The notes under the pieces are model-generated. The model was given only the letters and a program-made list of their open reading frames with translations, ran no database searches and had not been told where the DNA came from. This document shows, piece by piece, positions 52,569-62,704 of a stretch of DNA of 64,000 nt. Location: the NCBI GenBank assembly GCA_964589735.1, contig CAZPUL010000025.1, forward strand, positions 529 to 64,528. The letters are read 5' to 3'. How positions within the stretch are numbered: position 1 is the first letter of the stretch; each line of letters begins with the position of its first letter. This stretch comes from an uncultured Verrucomicrobiota bacterium. Lineage in GTDB: Bacteria > Verrucomicrobiota > Verrucomicrobiia > Limisphaerales > JAEYXS01. Position numbers and translations under genes: made by a program.

Positions 52569-54578
52569 ATGAATCAGCCAGTCGAATCCATTCCTGCGGG
52601 CTTTGCCGGGCTCAAGCCCAAGCCATTGCCCAGTTTTGAGAATAGCGGCGATGTCTTTTGGCACAAGTTGGGCCGGGCCAGCATTGATTTCGCGGCGCTG
52701 CAAGATTCTGAGGACGATCACGGCACCCGTGTCCAGCTCCGTTCACCGGAGAAACCTTGGTATAGGGAGCTGGCGGCAGATTCACGATTTGGGGATATCC
52801 GCTGGTTCAAGGACCCGACCGGGCGAATGCTGCCGACCAACCGCCAAGGTCACCCGGACTTCAAACAGGTCTTCATTGGTTACCCTGAGATACCGGTGGA
52901 GGGTCAGGGCGATGAGCTTGGCGAAATCTTCACCGAAGCGGCAGATACGGCTGTCCTGCGGCGGGGCGCGCAAGGCATCGAAGTGCTGCTGATCCAAAGG
53001 GCCTCCGGCTACTTCGCCCTGCCGGGTGGCATCCGTACCCAGATCGGCGAAGAACCGCTTTATCTGATCGACGCCGAGGGGATCTATTGCCAGCGCCCCT
53101 GTGCGAAAGAAAGTGCGGCGGAAACTGCCCGCCGGGTCTTGCAGCAGAAAGCTGGCATTGAACTGCCTGCGGAAGCGTTCCAGCACGTTGTTTATTCCGG
53201 CATCGTGGATGATGTGCGGAACTCCAGCGGGGCCGCGATGTACAGCACCGTGTTCGCTTATGTGGACGAGCAGAACGCCATCAGGACGACCGCGCAGGTG
53301 CTCAGCGGCCTGGTGGCACCCTTTGTGCCCCTGCGCGAACTGCTCAACAACCATAGCGAACCTACCTTGGGCGGACTTTGGGGCAGCCACGCCTATTGCT
53401 TGAAGCAAGCCTTGTGGCATGAATATGCGACCCGGCCAGATCGCTTCAACGCCCTGACCGAGGAGGATCGCAACACTCTGCGGGAGGTGCTGGCGTATGA
53501 CCCCTTGGACACTCTGTTGGATGAGGAAGTGGCCTATGCGGCGCAAAACCAATGGGCCAGCGTGCAGTGGAATCATCGTCTCCCCTGGCCCGTGCGCGGG
53601 CCGCTGATGTCCCCCCTCGAAGGCGGCAACCTTTTGCCCGGGATGGAGAAACTGCAGGGCCATCTCGGTTTGGTCCCGGCTTGGATCATGAAAAAGGCCC
53701 GGCGTTTGCCGAGTTATTCCATTGATGAACTGATCTCCGACCTGGAGTTGCACCGGGACAACCACTCGGACATTCCCGAGCATATCAATTTCCGCTATCT
53801 TGAGGCGTTGAAGCGGGAGGATCCGCAACGTATCCGCAAGTGGATGCATTACCTCGGCAAGGAAGCCTTTGAGGCGAATCGCATCTGGGTGCGCAGCGCG
53901 GTCGCCGTGCTGAAACGGCTGGGCATCGACAAGAAACAACTGGGCTCACTTTATACCGGTGGCGCTTCGCTGGAAAGCTTGCTGGAACTCAAACGGCAGA
54001 TGATGGCCGTGGAAGGCGCCCGCTCCATACCGGAACTGGTCCTGATGCTGGCCGAGAACGAGCAGGTAAATGATTTCATGGTCGGCTCCCACGCCGCCTG
54101 GCGGGAAGGCACCTACAGCAAGACCATCCAACCCGGGCAGATCACCGCCAATCCTTATCGCACAGGCGAACGGACGGTTGTCATCCGCAAACAAGTGAAC
54201 GAGCTCGGTGAGAGGATCATGCTGGAACTTCGAGCTTTGCCGCAACAGGACCCGGCATTAAGTGAAGCCGATCTGGCCAGCCGCGCTTCCAAAACCATCA
54301 ACACGAGCGTCAATAAACTGCGCCAGGAAATGGAGGCCAGCCCCACTCCTTCCGGAGCTCAAACTTTTGCCCTCATGTTGCAGATCGGCAAGATGCTGGG
54401 CGAATTGGCTTCGGAGAAGAGCCTGCTGCCGGTGTTCCGGACCCAACTGCACAACCAGATCGGCGACCTGGTTTATGTGGTGAAAATGGATGCCAATTCG
54501 GCGGTGATCTCCGGCATCCTCAATGCCGCCCGCAAGCAAGGCGCCCGCCTGAAATACAAGATCGAGCCGGAGCTGTGA
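52569..54578 (+). CDS. NUDT9-like Nudix-fold domain (degenerate box) fused to an unknown C-terminal region (669 aa)
   Basis: From memory, [42 protein letters not shown] and [13 protein letters not shown] parallel NUDT9 ([47 protein letters not shown]). The REUXEE position reads RRVLQQ. The C-terminal roughly 400 aa are unrecognised. Confidence 0.55.
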   Translation: [669 protein letters not shown]

Positions 54579-54591
54579 CGGCACGCCGGTC

Positions 54592-55572
54592 TCAGACTTC
54601 CGCCTTATAATCCCGCGAGAGGAGGTCCTGGACCGCTTTGCCGGGATTTTTGCCCTCATAGAGCATGGCATAGATCTCGTTGATCAACGGCGCTTCCACG
54701 CCTTTTCTCAGCGCCAGCTGATGCGCCGAGCAGGCCGTAGGATACCCCTCGGCCACATGCACGCCCGTGAAGAGCACCTGCGAGATCTCCTCTCCCTTGC
54801 CCAATCGTTCGCCAAAGGTGCGATTGCGGCTGTGTTTGGAGAAACAGGTCACCGTCAGATCACCCAGACCGCTCAAACCATTGAATGTTTCCGCCTGCGC
54901 ACCGCAAGCCACACCCAGCCGCCGGATCTCCACGATGGCCCGCGTGATGAGCGCTGCCTTGGAATTGTCACCGAAACCCAAGCCATCACACACACCTGCG
55001 GCGATCGCGATGACGTTCTTCAAAGCGCCGCCCAGCTCCACGCCGAGCATGTCATTGCTCCGATACACCCGGAAGTAAGGCCGATGAAAGAGTTGCTGCA
55101 CCGTCTGAGCCGCTTTTTCATCCGCACTGGCCACCACGACGGCCGAAGGGATGTTGCGGGCCACCTCATGTGCGATGGACGGGCCGGAGAGCGTGACATG
55201 CACCGCCTTGGGCATCGTCTCATGCAAGATGCCGCACATCGTCAATCCCGTATCGTATTCGATGCCTTTGGTCACACTGACCACCAAGCCGGCATACTCG
55301 CCCAGGCGCCGGGTCACTGTGCGAAAGGCTTTCGAGGGCAACGCGACCACCAGGCATTCCGCACCTTTTACGGCCTTGGCCAGATCGGTCTCCAGCTTCA
55401 AGGTCGCTGGCAGACGCACCTCGGGCAGGTAGCGGGAGTTTATCCGGGTGGTCTTGAGGTCTTGCAGATGCTGGGGGTTATGCCCCCACAGCGTCACGTC
55501 CGCCTCTGCCTGATGCAGCAGACGGGCCAATGCGGTGCCCCAGGCACCCGCGCCTAATACAGTGATCTTCAT
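54592..55572 (-). CDS. gpsA: NAD(P)H-dependent glycerol-3-phosphate dehydrogenase
   Basis: KITVLGAGAWGTALA, GALKNVIAIAAG and the overall GpsA pattern. 4-nt overlap with plsY. Confidence 0.93.
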   Translation of the reverse strand: MKITVLGAGAWGTALARLLHQAEADVTLWGHNPQHLQDLKTTRINSRYLPEVRLPATLKLETDLAKAVKGAECLVVALPSKAFRTVTRRLGEYAGLVVSVTKGIEYDTGLTMCGILHETMPKAVHVTLSGPSIAHEVARNIPSAVVVASADEKAAQTVQQLFHRPYFRVYRSNDMLGVELGGALKNVIAIAAGVCDGLGFGDNSKAALITRAIVEIRRLGVACGAQAETFNGLSGLGDLTVTCFSKHSRNRTFGERLGKGEEISQVLFTGVHVAEGYPTACSAHQLALRKGVEAPLINEIYAMLYEGKNPGKAVQDLLSRDYKAEV

Positions 55573-56213
55573 GCCGAAGGTTTGCGCTTGCCGCCACCGA
55601 TACGATTTTCCGTGCCCGCGCGCAAGCGCTGGATATTGGCGCGATGCTTGTAGATGGCAAGCGCCGACATCAGCGTGGTGATGACAATCAACGCCAGGCT
55701 ACCTTCCAGTTGCCAGGTGGCAAAGGGTAAAACCACGGCGGCGGCGATGGAAGCCAATGAGACATACCAACTGGCAAAGAACACCACCAGCCACGTCGCC
55801 AACGCCACCAGAAAAGCCTTGGGCACGAGCGCTATCAGGACACCTGCCGAAGTCGCGATGCCTTTCCCGCCCTTAAAATTCAACCAGCAAGTGTAGTTGT
55901 GTCCCAGCACTGCGCAGATGCCGGCCACGATGGAAAGGTATAGCCGGGCACCACCCTCTTGCGTGCCGGGTTTGACGAAAACCTGCCAAACCAAGTTGGC
56001 CACCAGCCCGCAAGCCAGAAACCCCTTCAACGCATCCATCGTAAGCACAAAGATTCCCGCCCCCTTGCCCAGGATGCGAAAAACATTGGTGGCACCGATA
56101 TTGCCGCTCCCCACCGAACGGATATCGACACCTTTGGCCTTTGCCACCAGATAACCGGTCGGGATCGAGCCCAGAAAATACGCCACTATGGCTGTTACCA
56201 GATAGACCGTCAT
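55569..56213 (-). CDS. plsY: glycerol-3-phosphate acyltransferase PlsY
   Basis: GSIPTGYLVAK, GSGNIGATNVFR and FKGGKG motifs. ATG at 56213. Confidence 0.92.
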   Translation of the reverse strand: MTVYLVTAIVAYFLGSIPTGYLVAKAKGVDIRSVGSGNIGATNVFRILGKGAGIFVLTMDALKGFLACGLVANLVWQVFVKPGTQEGGARLYLSIVAGICAVLGHNYTCWLNFKGGKGIATSAGVLIALVPKAFLVALATWLVVFFASWYVSLASIAAAVVLPFATWQLEGSLALIVITTLMSALAIYKHRANIQRLRAGTENRIGGGKRKPSA

Positions 56214-56307
56214 TTCCACGCGCCGGAATGTAGGGCGTCCACAGAGCCGGACAAGGCTCAAATTTTTCGCGTGTCAGGGTGGCGGCGGACGGGCAGACTG
56301 CCGCCAC

Positions 56308-57363
56308 ATGGAACCGGGCAAGTCAAATCAACGGGTGCGGGTCGGTGTCATCGGTACCGGCTCATTGGGCAAAGAGCATGCGCGCCTCTACGCCGAGCTG
56401 GCCGCTGCCGGCCAGTGCGAGTTCGTGGGCATCTACGATGCTTTCGCCGAGAACGCCCAGCGCGTCGCCGACAAGCTGGGCGTGAGGATTTTCGCCACCA
56501 TCGCGGAGCTTGCCGCCGCCACCGATGCGCTCAGCGTGGTGACCCCCACGATCACGCACCATGCCATCGCCAAAGACCTCCTCACAGCCAAGAAGCACGT
56601 GCTGGTGGAAAAACCGATGACCGAGCGCACCGAGCAGGCCGCCGAGCTGGTGCAACTCGCCCGGCAAAGCAATCTGATCCTGCAAGTAGGCCATGTGGAG
56701 CGGTTTAACCCGGTGTTCGATTACCTCCAAAAAGCCGCGACGCAGCCGAAGTTCATCGAGGCGCACCGCCTGTCCCCCTACCCCGCCCGCAGCATCGACA
56801 TCGGCGTGGTACTGGACCTGATGATCCATGACCTTGATGTGGTGCTGGCGTTCGTGAACTCGCCCGTGATCAGCGTGGATGCCGTGGGCATCCCGGTGCT
56901 CAGCACCACGGAGGACATAGCGAATGTGCGCCTGCGCTTTGAGAACGGTTGCGTGGCGAACCTGACCGCCAGCCGCATCAGTCCGGAACGGATGCGCAAG
57001 ATCCGCGTGTTCAGCGGCGGCACCCAGACCAGCTACATCTCGCTCGATTACCGCGCGCAGCAGGGCTTCATCTACCGGCTGGCCCGCTCGGATGAACAGG
57101 AATCATCCCTGCTCAAAAAGCTGCTCAGCGCGAACGATTCAACCATCGTGAGCGAGTTCGCCGGAAAAAAGATCGTCCGCGAGCCGGTACCGATCACCAA
57201 GGACGAACCGCTCAAGCTGGAACTGCAGCACTTCGTCTCCTGCGTGCGCGAGCAACAGCAGCCACGCGTCAGCGGTGAATCCGCCAAGCGCGCGCTGGAT
57301 CTGGCCCTGGAGATCACGGAACAGATCACGCGCAGCGGTGCCCGGATTCCCACGACCGCATGA
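56308..57363 (+). CDS. Gfo/Idh/MocA-family oxidoreductase
   Basis: VGVIGTGSLGKEHA Rossmann motif and an EKP motif (VLVEKPM). Confidence 0.8.
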   Translation: MEPGKSNQRVRVGVIGTGSLGKEHARLYAELAAAGQCEFVGIYDAFAENAQRVADKLGVRIFATIAELAAATDALSVVTPTITHHAIAKDLLTAKKHVLVEKPMTERTEQAAELVQLARQSNLILQVGHVERFNPVFDYLQKAATQPKFIEAHRLSPYPARSIDIGVVLDLMIHDLDVVLAFVNSPVISVDAVGIPVLSTTEDIANVRLRFENGCVANLTASRISPERMRKIRVFSGGTQTSYISLDYRAQQGFIYRLARSDEQESSLLKKLLSANDSTIVSEFAGKKIVREPVPITKDEPLKLELQHFVSCVREQQQPRVSGESAKRALDLALEITEQITRSGARIPTTA

Positions 57364-58550
57364 GCAAGCGTTTCATGGTGGTGGCCGGTGAGACCAGTGG
57401 TGACACGCTGGCGGCCGAACTGGTCCGCGCCATCAAGCAGCAGCCGCAGTTCAGCAGCGCCCCCTTCCCGGCCCAATTCTTCGGTGCCGGCGGCAGCAAG
57501 ATGGCCGAAGCGGGCGTGGAGCTGTCTTTTGACCTGACGAAACATGCGATCTTTGGCTTCGTCGACGTTTTCAAGAAATACCGTGAATTCCAAAGGCTTT
57601 TCAACCAGTTGGTTAAGCTGGCGGAGGACCGTTTGCCGGATGTCTTCATCGGGGTGGATTATTCCGGCTTCAACCGGCGGCTGGCCCATGCACTCAAAGA
57701 GCGCGCCCGGGCCCAGCAAGGGCCGTTCACGAACTGGCGGCCCAAGTTCGTGCAATTCGTGTCCCCGCAAGTCTGGGCTTCCAGACCCGGGCGGGCGCTG
57801 CAACTCGAAGAGGATCTGGACTTGCTGCTCAGCATCGTGCCGTTTGAAAAAGAGTGGTATGCGCGGAAGACGCCTCGCCTGCGCGTGGAATACGTGGGGC
57901 ATCCCGTTGTGGACCGGCTTCAGCCCTTCCGTGCCAAGCGACAATCATGGCTGGCGGGCAACGGCGGCAGGCCGGTCGTGCTGCTGCTGCCGGGAAGCCG
58001 CCGCAAAGAAGTCTCCCGCCATCTGGAAGTGATGCTCGCTGCTGCCGCACAAATCAGGACACAGCTCCCCGCTGAATTCCGCATCATCCTGCCCGATGAG
58101 AATCTGGTGGAACTGGCCCGGCCGATGATCACCGATGCCTCCATCAAGGTACAGATCGGCGGCTTGTCTGAGGCCTTGTGCGAGGCCACCATGGCCATCG
58201 CTTCCTCAGGCACGGTGACCACAGAATGCGCCTATATGGAGGTGCCAACCGTGGTACTCTACAAAGTTTCCCCGCCCGAATATTGGATCGGCAAACAGAT
58301 CGTCACGGTGAATTACATCGCCCTGGTGAACCTCATCGCGGGCCAGGGAATCTTTCCGGAATTCATCCAGCACGCCGCCACCGTGGAGAATCTCACCCGA
58401 GCATCGCTTCATTGGTTGCGGCATCCGGAAGAGCGGCAGAAAACCATCCAGGCACTCCAACCTGCCCTGACGACATTTGGCAACGGCGGATCAATCATGC
58501 GGGCCGCCACGGCCATCGGCGGGCTGTGCCAGCCGGGGGCAACGGACTAG
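57360..58550 (+). CDS. lpxB: lipid-A-disaccharide synthase
   Basis: N-terminal VVAGETSGDTLAAELV and C-terminal SGTVTTECAYMEVPTVVLYK match the LpxB pattern. Confidence 0.88.
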   Translation: MSKRFMVVAGETSGDTLAAELVRAIKQQPQFSSAPFPAQFFGAGGSKMAEAGVELSFDLTKHAIFGFVDVFKKYREFQRLFNQLVKLAEDRLPDVFIGVDYSGFNRRLAHALKERARAQQGPFTNWRPKFVQFVSPQVWASRPGRALQLEEDLDLLLSIVPFEKEWYARKTPRLRVEYVGHPVVDRLQPFRAKRQSWLAGNGGRPVVLLLPGSRRKEVSRHLEVMLAAAAQIRTQLPAEFRIILPDENLVELARPMITDASIKVQIGGLSEALCEATMAIASSGTVTTECAYMEVPTVVLYKVSPPEYWIGKQIVTVNYIALVNLIAGQGIFPEFIQHAATVENLTRASLHWLRHPEERQKTIQALQPALTTFGNGGSIMRAATAIGGLCQPGATD

Positions 58551-59203
58551 CTGCTCGGCACTACCACCGGGCGCTTCACTTCCTGCCCCGCCCCCACCAC
58601 CTGCAAGGAAGCGACCAGTCGCTGCATTGCCGAGAACACTTCCGCGGTATTCGCTTCAAAAGCCACCGCGCTGATGGTCAAGGTGCCAGACTCGCACGCG
58701 ATCACTTGAGCCCGCGTATGCTTGACAATCCCCCCGCTGGAAGATTTGCCCGCCATGGCATAGGATTTTTTGCCCATCACCGTGCGCTCGGATATCTCGA
58801 CCACGCCATTACCCAACAATGGTCTCATCAAGGCCAGCACCTTTTGCTGTTCAAAACCAGGGATTGTTTCCGGCTGAAATTTGACTGTGACCACGCTGCG
58901 GCTGGTATTTTCCAGATGCACTTCCACTATCTGGCCTTCATCCAAGGCCTTGAGCCGGCAGCCGGATGGCACATGCATGGCGATCAATTCCTTGCCGGTA
59001 TTGATCGTGGTCAAGCTGCCCAGATCCACCCCGTTGTCCTGGAGTTTGACGGACTTCAACTGCATCACCTGCGGCGGCGGCACAAAGCCCGGACGGATCG
59101 GGTCTTCCGCTTCTTCAGCCTCGGCTCCGGCCTTCGTTTGTGCCTGAGTTCCGGCAAGTGCCAGACTGACGGCTCCGCAGAACAACCATTTCGCGAGTTT
59201 CAT
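58547..59203 (-). CDS. hypothetical secreted protein (218 aa), last gene of the pseudopilin operon
   Basis: Signal peptide MKLAKWLFCGAVSLALAGTQA. No family recognised. Confidence 0.55.
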   Translation of the reverse strand: MKLAKWLFCGAVSLALAGTQAQTKAGAEAEEAEDPIRPGFVPPPQVMQLKSVKLQDNGVDLGSLTTINTGKELIAMHVPSGCRLKALDEGQIVEVHLENTSRSVVTVKFQPETIPGFEQQKVLALMRPLLGNGVVEISERTVMGKKSYAMAGKSSSGGIVKHTRAQVIACESGTLTISAVAFEANTAEVFSAMQRLVASLQVVGAGQEVKRPVVVPSS

Positions 59204-59224
59204 GATTTTTGTGGAATTAGGATC

Positions 59225-61246
59225 TCAATAACCAGCGTAATTCACCGTGTTGGCCGGCGGGTTGGTCCACTTGAGCCGCTCCAAGACACGTACAGCGGGT
59301 GTGCCGGGCGGGAGTTTGTTCGGGTCCAGGAAGTTTCGGTCAAAGGACCAGTTACGCGTCGGCGGCACATAATACTGGCCACTGTATCCGGGATGGATGA
59401 AATTGCCGTTGGCCCGCGTGCTCTGGTAGAGGCACACGAGCGATCCGTTGATGGTCAAGGTCCGGCTCGTCCAATCCTCCAGCAGACGCGGCAGATTATG
59501 TGCCCCACCACTCATCGGACTGTCCCCATCACTCCCCTGGCTTTCCACGTTGCCGCTGACGATGGCGGCATTCACCGTGGTGTCCACCGCGTCACGGCTG
59601 GTGTAGCTATCATCGCTGTTGGCATCACTCCACGAACCCGAAAGGAGCGTCACGGCATCGGCCACCAGGGAAGCCGGCTTGGTATCGGCTGTGTTCGTGG
59701 TCCCCAGATGCGCATCGGTGGGACAGTTGTAATGCCCCTGCACATACAATCCGTTGGGGGTGACGATAGTCATGCCATTGGCGGGCAGGGTCTTCCCATT
59801 GATCAAGCGTACCGCGGCATTGCCCGTATCCGTGGAGGTGACATTGATGTTCGTGATCAGATTGCTGTTATCATTGTAGGTGTAACTGGCGATGTAGTTA
59901 TACTTGTAACGGCTCGGGTTGCTGGAGGACTTGTAGTACTGGTAATAACCGGCTGGCAGGGAACTGAAGGCCACCCCAGTGCCGCTTGGCTGCCAAGAAC
60001 CGGCATTGGTGGTGATCGCGCCAACCCCATTGCCCGGCCAAGTCGTGACGGTCGTGACGGTCGGCGTGGTGGTGATGTTGGTGGTGTAAACCACCCCACC
60101 CCGCGTGTCCTCAACGTAAACGATGGAAGGAGTGGTGGATACGGTCGAACTTACCGTCGTATTGGTCCCCAACCAGGTCTTGAACTTGGCCATGTCGATC
60201 TCCGTGATCATCTGGTTCTCCCCTTCCCGCTGGTCATACATGCTCTTGTTGGTGGAGATAAAGTATTGCGCATTAGTGTAGAGGATCGCATTCGAAGTCG
60301 CCGAATTCGGATTCTTGACGCTCACATTCACCGTGCTGTTGCTCACGAGGATGACGATCTCCGCCTTGTTGTAGTAGCGTTCCTGGCCCATCGCCGAACT
60401 GATGGATTCACCTGGGTCCGGACGTTCGATCACCTCATGCACGGCGGCCGAGGTGTTGTTCGTGCCGATCGGCAGTGACATCGTCGGGGCGTTCGTCGTC
60501 TTGGATTGATGAAACGTGATGGCCCCGGTATAGTCGGATATTGTGTAATCCCACCAACTCTTCTTCTCCACTGTTCCCGCCGAAGTAACATCTTCATAGA
60601 AGTTCACATAACTGCTGGAGAAACTGCCATAGTAGATGGAGCTGTTGCTGTGGACCCGGCCGCGGATGTTCAATGGGGCGGCCCGGGTCAGCTCCAGCAG
60701 CCCGTTGTAAAAGATCGCATACTGGAAGATCGGGATGGTGGTGAAAGCCACCTCCTGCTGCACGGCGTTGGTCAGGGTGAACCGTCCATTGGTCATCTTG
60801 GCATTCGAGATGATTTTGTAAGGTATGCGTGTCCCGCCCAAGCCGCTGTAAGTGGAACCAAGATCAGCCGTGAAATAGGAAGCCCCGTTGGCCGCCACAT
60901 AAGAACGGTTCGCATTGCCCTGAGCATCAGTGAAGCTAAAAGAGCTCCAGTAGGCGTTTTCTCCCGAGGTCGGCACCAGCAGCTTGTAGTTGTTCAGGTT
61001 GTTGGCGATGCCGGGCTGGCCGTAGTTCTTGAAATCGTTGATCATCGCGCTGACGATCTTCTCCGTTGCCGCCTCCGCCGCCAGCATCGTCGAATTGTAC
61101 TGGTTGTTACGCTCGTTAAGCAGCGCCGTGTTCGAGGTGTAACTCATCGAGGCCGACATCAGCAGCAAGCCGATGCTGGTGAACACCAGGACGAGTAACA
61201 GGGCAAAGCCCCGGTTTTTCCGCACAAAATTCAGCAATATTTTCAT
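59225..61246 (-). CDS. large PilX/GspK-like minor pseudopilin (673 aa)
   Basis: N-terminal RNRGFALLLVLVFTSIGLLL is a prepilin-like hydrophobic helix lacking Glu5, as in GspK/PilX. The body is Thr/Ser/Asn-rich. Confidence 0.6.
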   Translation of the reverse strand: MKILLNFVRKNRGFALLLVLVFTSIGLLLMSASMSYTSNTALLNERNNQYNSTMLAAEAATEKIVSAMINDFKNYGQPGIANNLNNYKLLVPTSGENAYWSSFSFTDAQGNANRSYVAANGASYFTADLGSTYSGLGGTRIPYKIISNAKMTNGRFTLTNAVQQEVAFTTIPIFQYAIFYNGLLELTRAAPLNIRGRVHSNSSIYYGSFSSSYVNFYEDVTSAGTVEKKSWWDYTISDYTGAITFHQSKTTNAPTMSLPIGTNNTSAAVHEVIERPDPGESISSAMGQERYYNKAEIVILVSNSTVNVSVKNPNSATSNAILYTNAQYFISTNKSMYDQREGENQMITEIDMAKFKTWLGTNTTVSSTVSTTPSIVYVEDTRGGVVYTTNITTTPTVTTVTTWPGNGVGAITTNAGSWQPSGTGVAFSSLPAGYYQYYKSSSNPSRYKYNYIASYTYNDNSNLITNINVTSTDTGNAAVRLINGKTLPANGMTIVTPNGLYVQGHYNCPTDAHLGTTNTADTKPASLVADAVTLLSGSWSDANSDDSYTSRDAVDTTVNAAIVSGNVESQGSDGDSPMSGGAHNLPRLLEDWTSRTLTINGSLVCLYQSTRANGNFIHPGYSGQYYVPPTRNWSFDRNFLDPNKLPPGTPAVRVLERLKWTNPPANTVNYAGY

Positions 61247-61255
61247 ACATCACCT

Positions 61256-61885
61256 CTAGATGGAACGGCGTGCCACGCGCGACGAGATCTGGAAGAATTC
61301 AAAAAACTGGTTGGTTCCGATGCTCACCCGCGGATACCGCAACTGATAGAACTGCAACTTCACATCGATGACTTCGTTGTTGTCGTTCTCGGTGAGCACG
61401 TTCGTGCCAGTATGATCCGTCGCCGCAAAAACGATCACATTGGTCACATACTCGGCCACGAGCTGGGGATTGGCCGAAGGACCGGGTTTGCGCATGACGA
61501 AAGAAGTCGCATTGTCCCGGTAATAACGGATCCACGAGTTGGAATTCGTGGTGGCATGCCAGTCCGAACGGTAGACCTGGATGGAATTGCCCTGCTGGTT
61601 GGTACCATCCCCCACTTCGACAAAACTCGTATTGCTACCGGTCCCGATCGCCACGCGTTGAGCGCTGCGGATCTCCGATGTCAGCAACCCCAGCGTGATA
61701 CGCGCGGATTCACTAGCCCCCAGCTTCGCCCGCGTGATCTCATAAAAGCGCAGACCGTTGATGTGCGAATAGATGATGCCTCCCATGACGATGACCATGA
61801 GGGCCATGGACACCATCAGCTCCGTCAACGTGAAAGCCAGTTGACGGGTACCGGGACGGATCTGGCTGGCGGTTGAGATTTTCAT
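61256..61885 (-). CDS. prepilin-type N-terminal cleavage/methylation domain protein (pseudopilin)
   Basis: QLAFTLTELMVSMALMVIVMGG is the class III signal motif. Confidence 0.75.
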   Translation of the reverse strand: MKISTASQIRPGTRQLAFTLTELMVSMALMVIVMGGIIYSHINGLRFYEITRAKLGASESARITLGLLTSEIRSAQRVAIGTGSNTSFVEVGDGTNQQGNSIQVYRSDWHATTNSNSWIRYYRDNATSFVMRKPGPSANPQLVAEYVTNVIVFAATDHTGTNVLTENDNNEVIDVKLQFYQLRYPRVSIGTNQFFEFFQISSRVARRSI

Positions 61886-61886
61886 A

Positions 61887-62369
61887 TCAAGTTCCCGGAG
61901 AGCGGTAGGTCACCACGGTGTTGGTATAGAGCCGCCCATTCAAAAACTTCCAGATCGCATCCACCCGGATGAGTTTGACCGGCGGATTCACACTGATGCT
62001 GGAAATGGTGATGTAGTTGGTGGCATAGACAGCGTTGGTCCCTGTGACTGGGATGTCCATCAGCATGGGTTCTGTCGGGAACTGGGCCGTGGTCAACAAA
62101 TCAACTGCGGGATTAAGTGTCGGGTCCCATTTGGCCGCCCGACACCGCTCCAGAACCTGCACAGCGGACGCGTGCGCAGCCAAGGAGTAGCCCGACCACT
62201 CAGCCCGGCGGGCGGAGATGATGTAGCCATAAATGATGCCCCCGATAGCCAGAGTTGAGATAGCCACAGAGATGACGACCTCAGGCAGAGTAAATCCCCA
62301 ACGGCCACACCACCGGCCCCCCCCCGCACAACGCGCACGGTTTCTTGACAGTATGTTCACGAGATTCAT
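61887..62369 (-). CDS. prepilin-type N-terminal cleavage/methylation domain protein (pseudopilin)
   Basis: RWGFTLPEVVISVAISTLAIGG (G/FTLxE motif). Confidence 0.75.
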   Translation of the reverse strand: MNLVNILSRNRARCAGGGRWCGRWGFTLPEVVISVAISTLAIGGIIYGYIISARRAEWSGYSLAAHASAVQVLERCRAAKWDPTLNPAVDLLTTAQFPTEPMLMDIPVTGTNAVYATNYITISSISVNPPVKLIRVDAIWKFLNGRLYTNTVVTYRSPGT

Positions 62370-62629
62370 GGAAGATCAGGCTATAGATAGAGCCTTAAGG
62401 ACTATCAAAATAGATTCTTTATGCCTTACGTCAAGTTACTTATGGCCCTACAATGAAAACTAAGGATTTCTACAGAGTACTCTGCAAATCAATGGGTTTT
62501 AGCATTTTCAGACACATTCAGCCGACCAGTTCAGGAAGCTGACCGGGACGCGCTTCTTTACCCTTATTTTTTCTCTTCCCAACTATTGACATTGTCACTT
62601 TCTTCAATATTCTGCCGGTCCCATTTGGG

Positions 62630-62704
<75 letters not shown>

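Noticed and set aside
58178-60478. 766-aa + strand ORF across lpxB end, the 218-aa gene and the large pseudopilin
   Set aside because: It is a low-complexity Arg/His/Gly-rich translation antisense to ORFs that carry a signal peptide or prepilin motif, and it also overlaps the 3' end of lpxB. I treat it as a shadow ORF.
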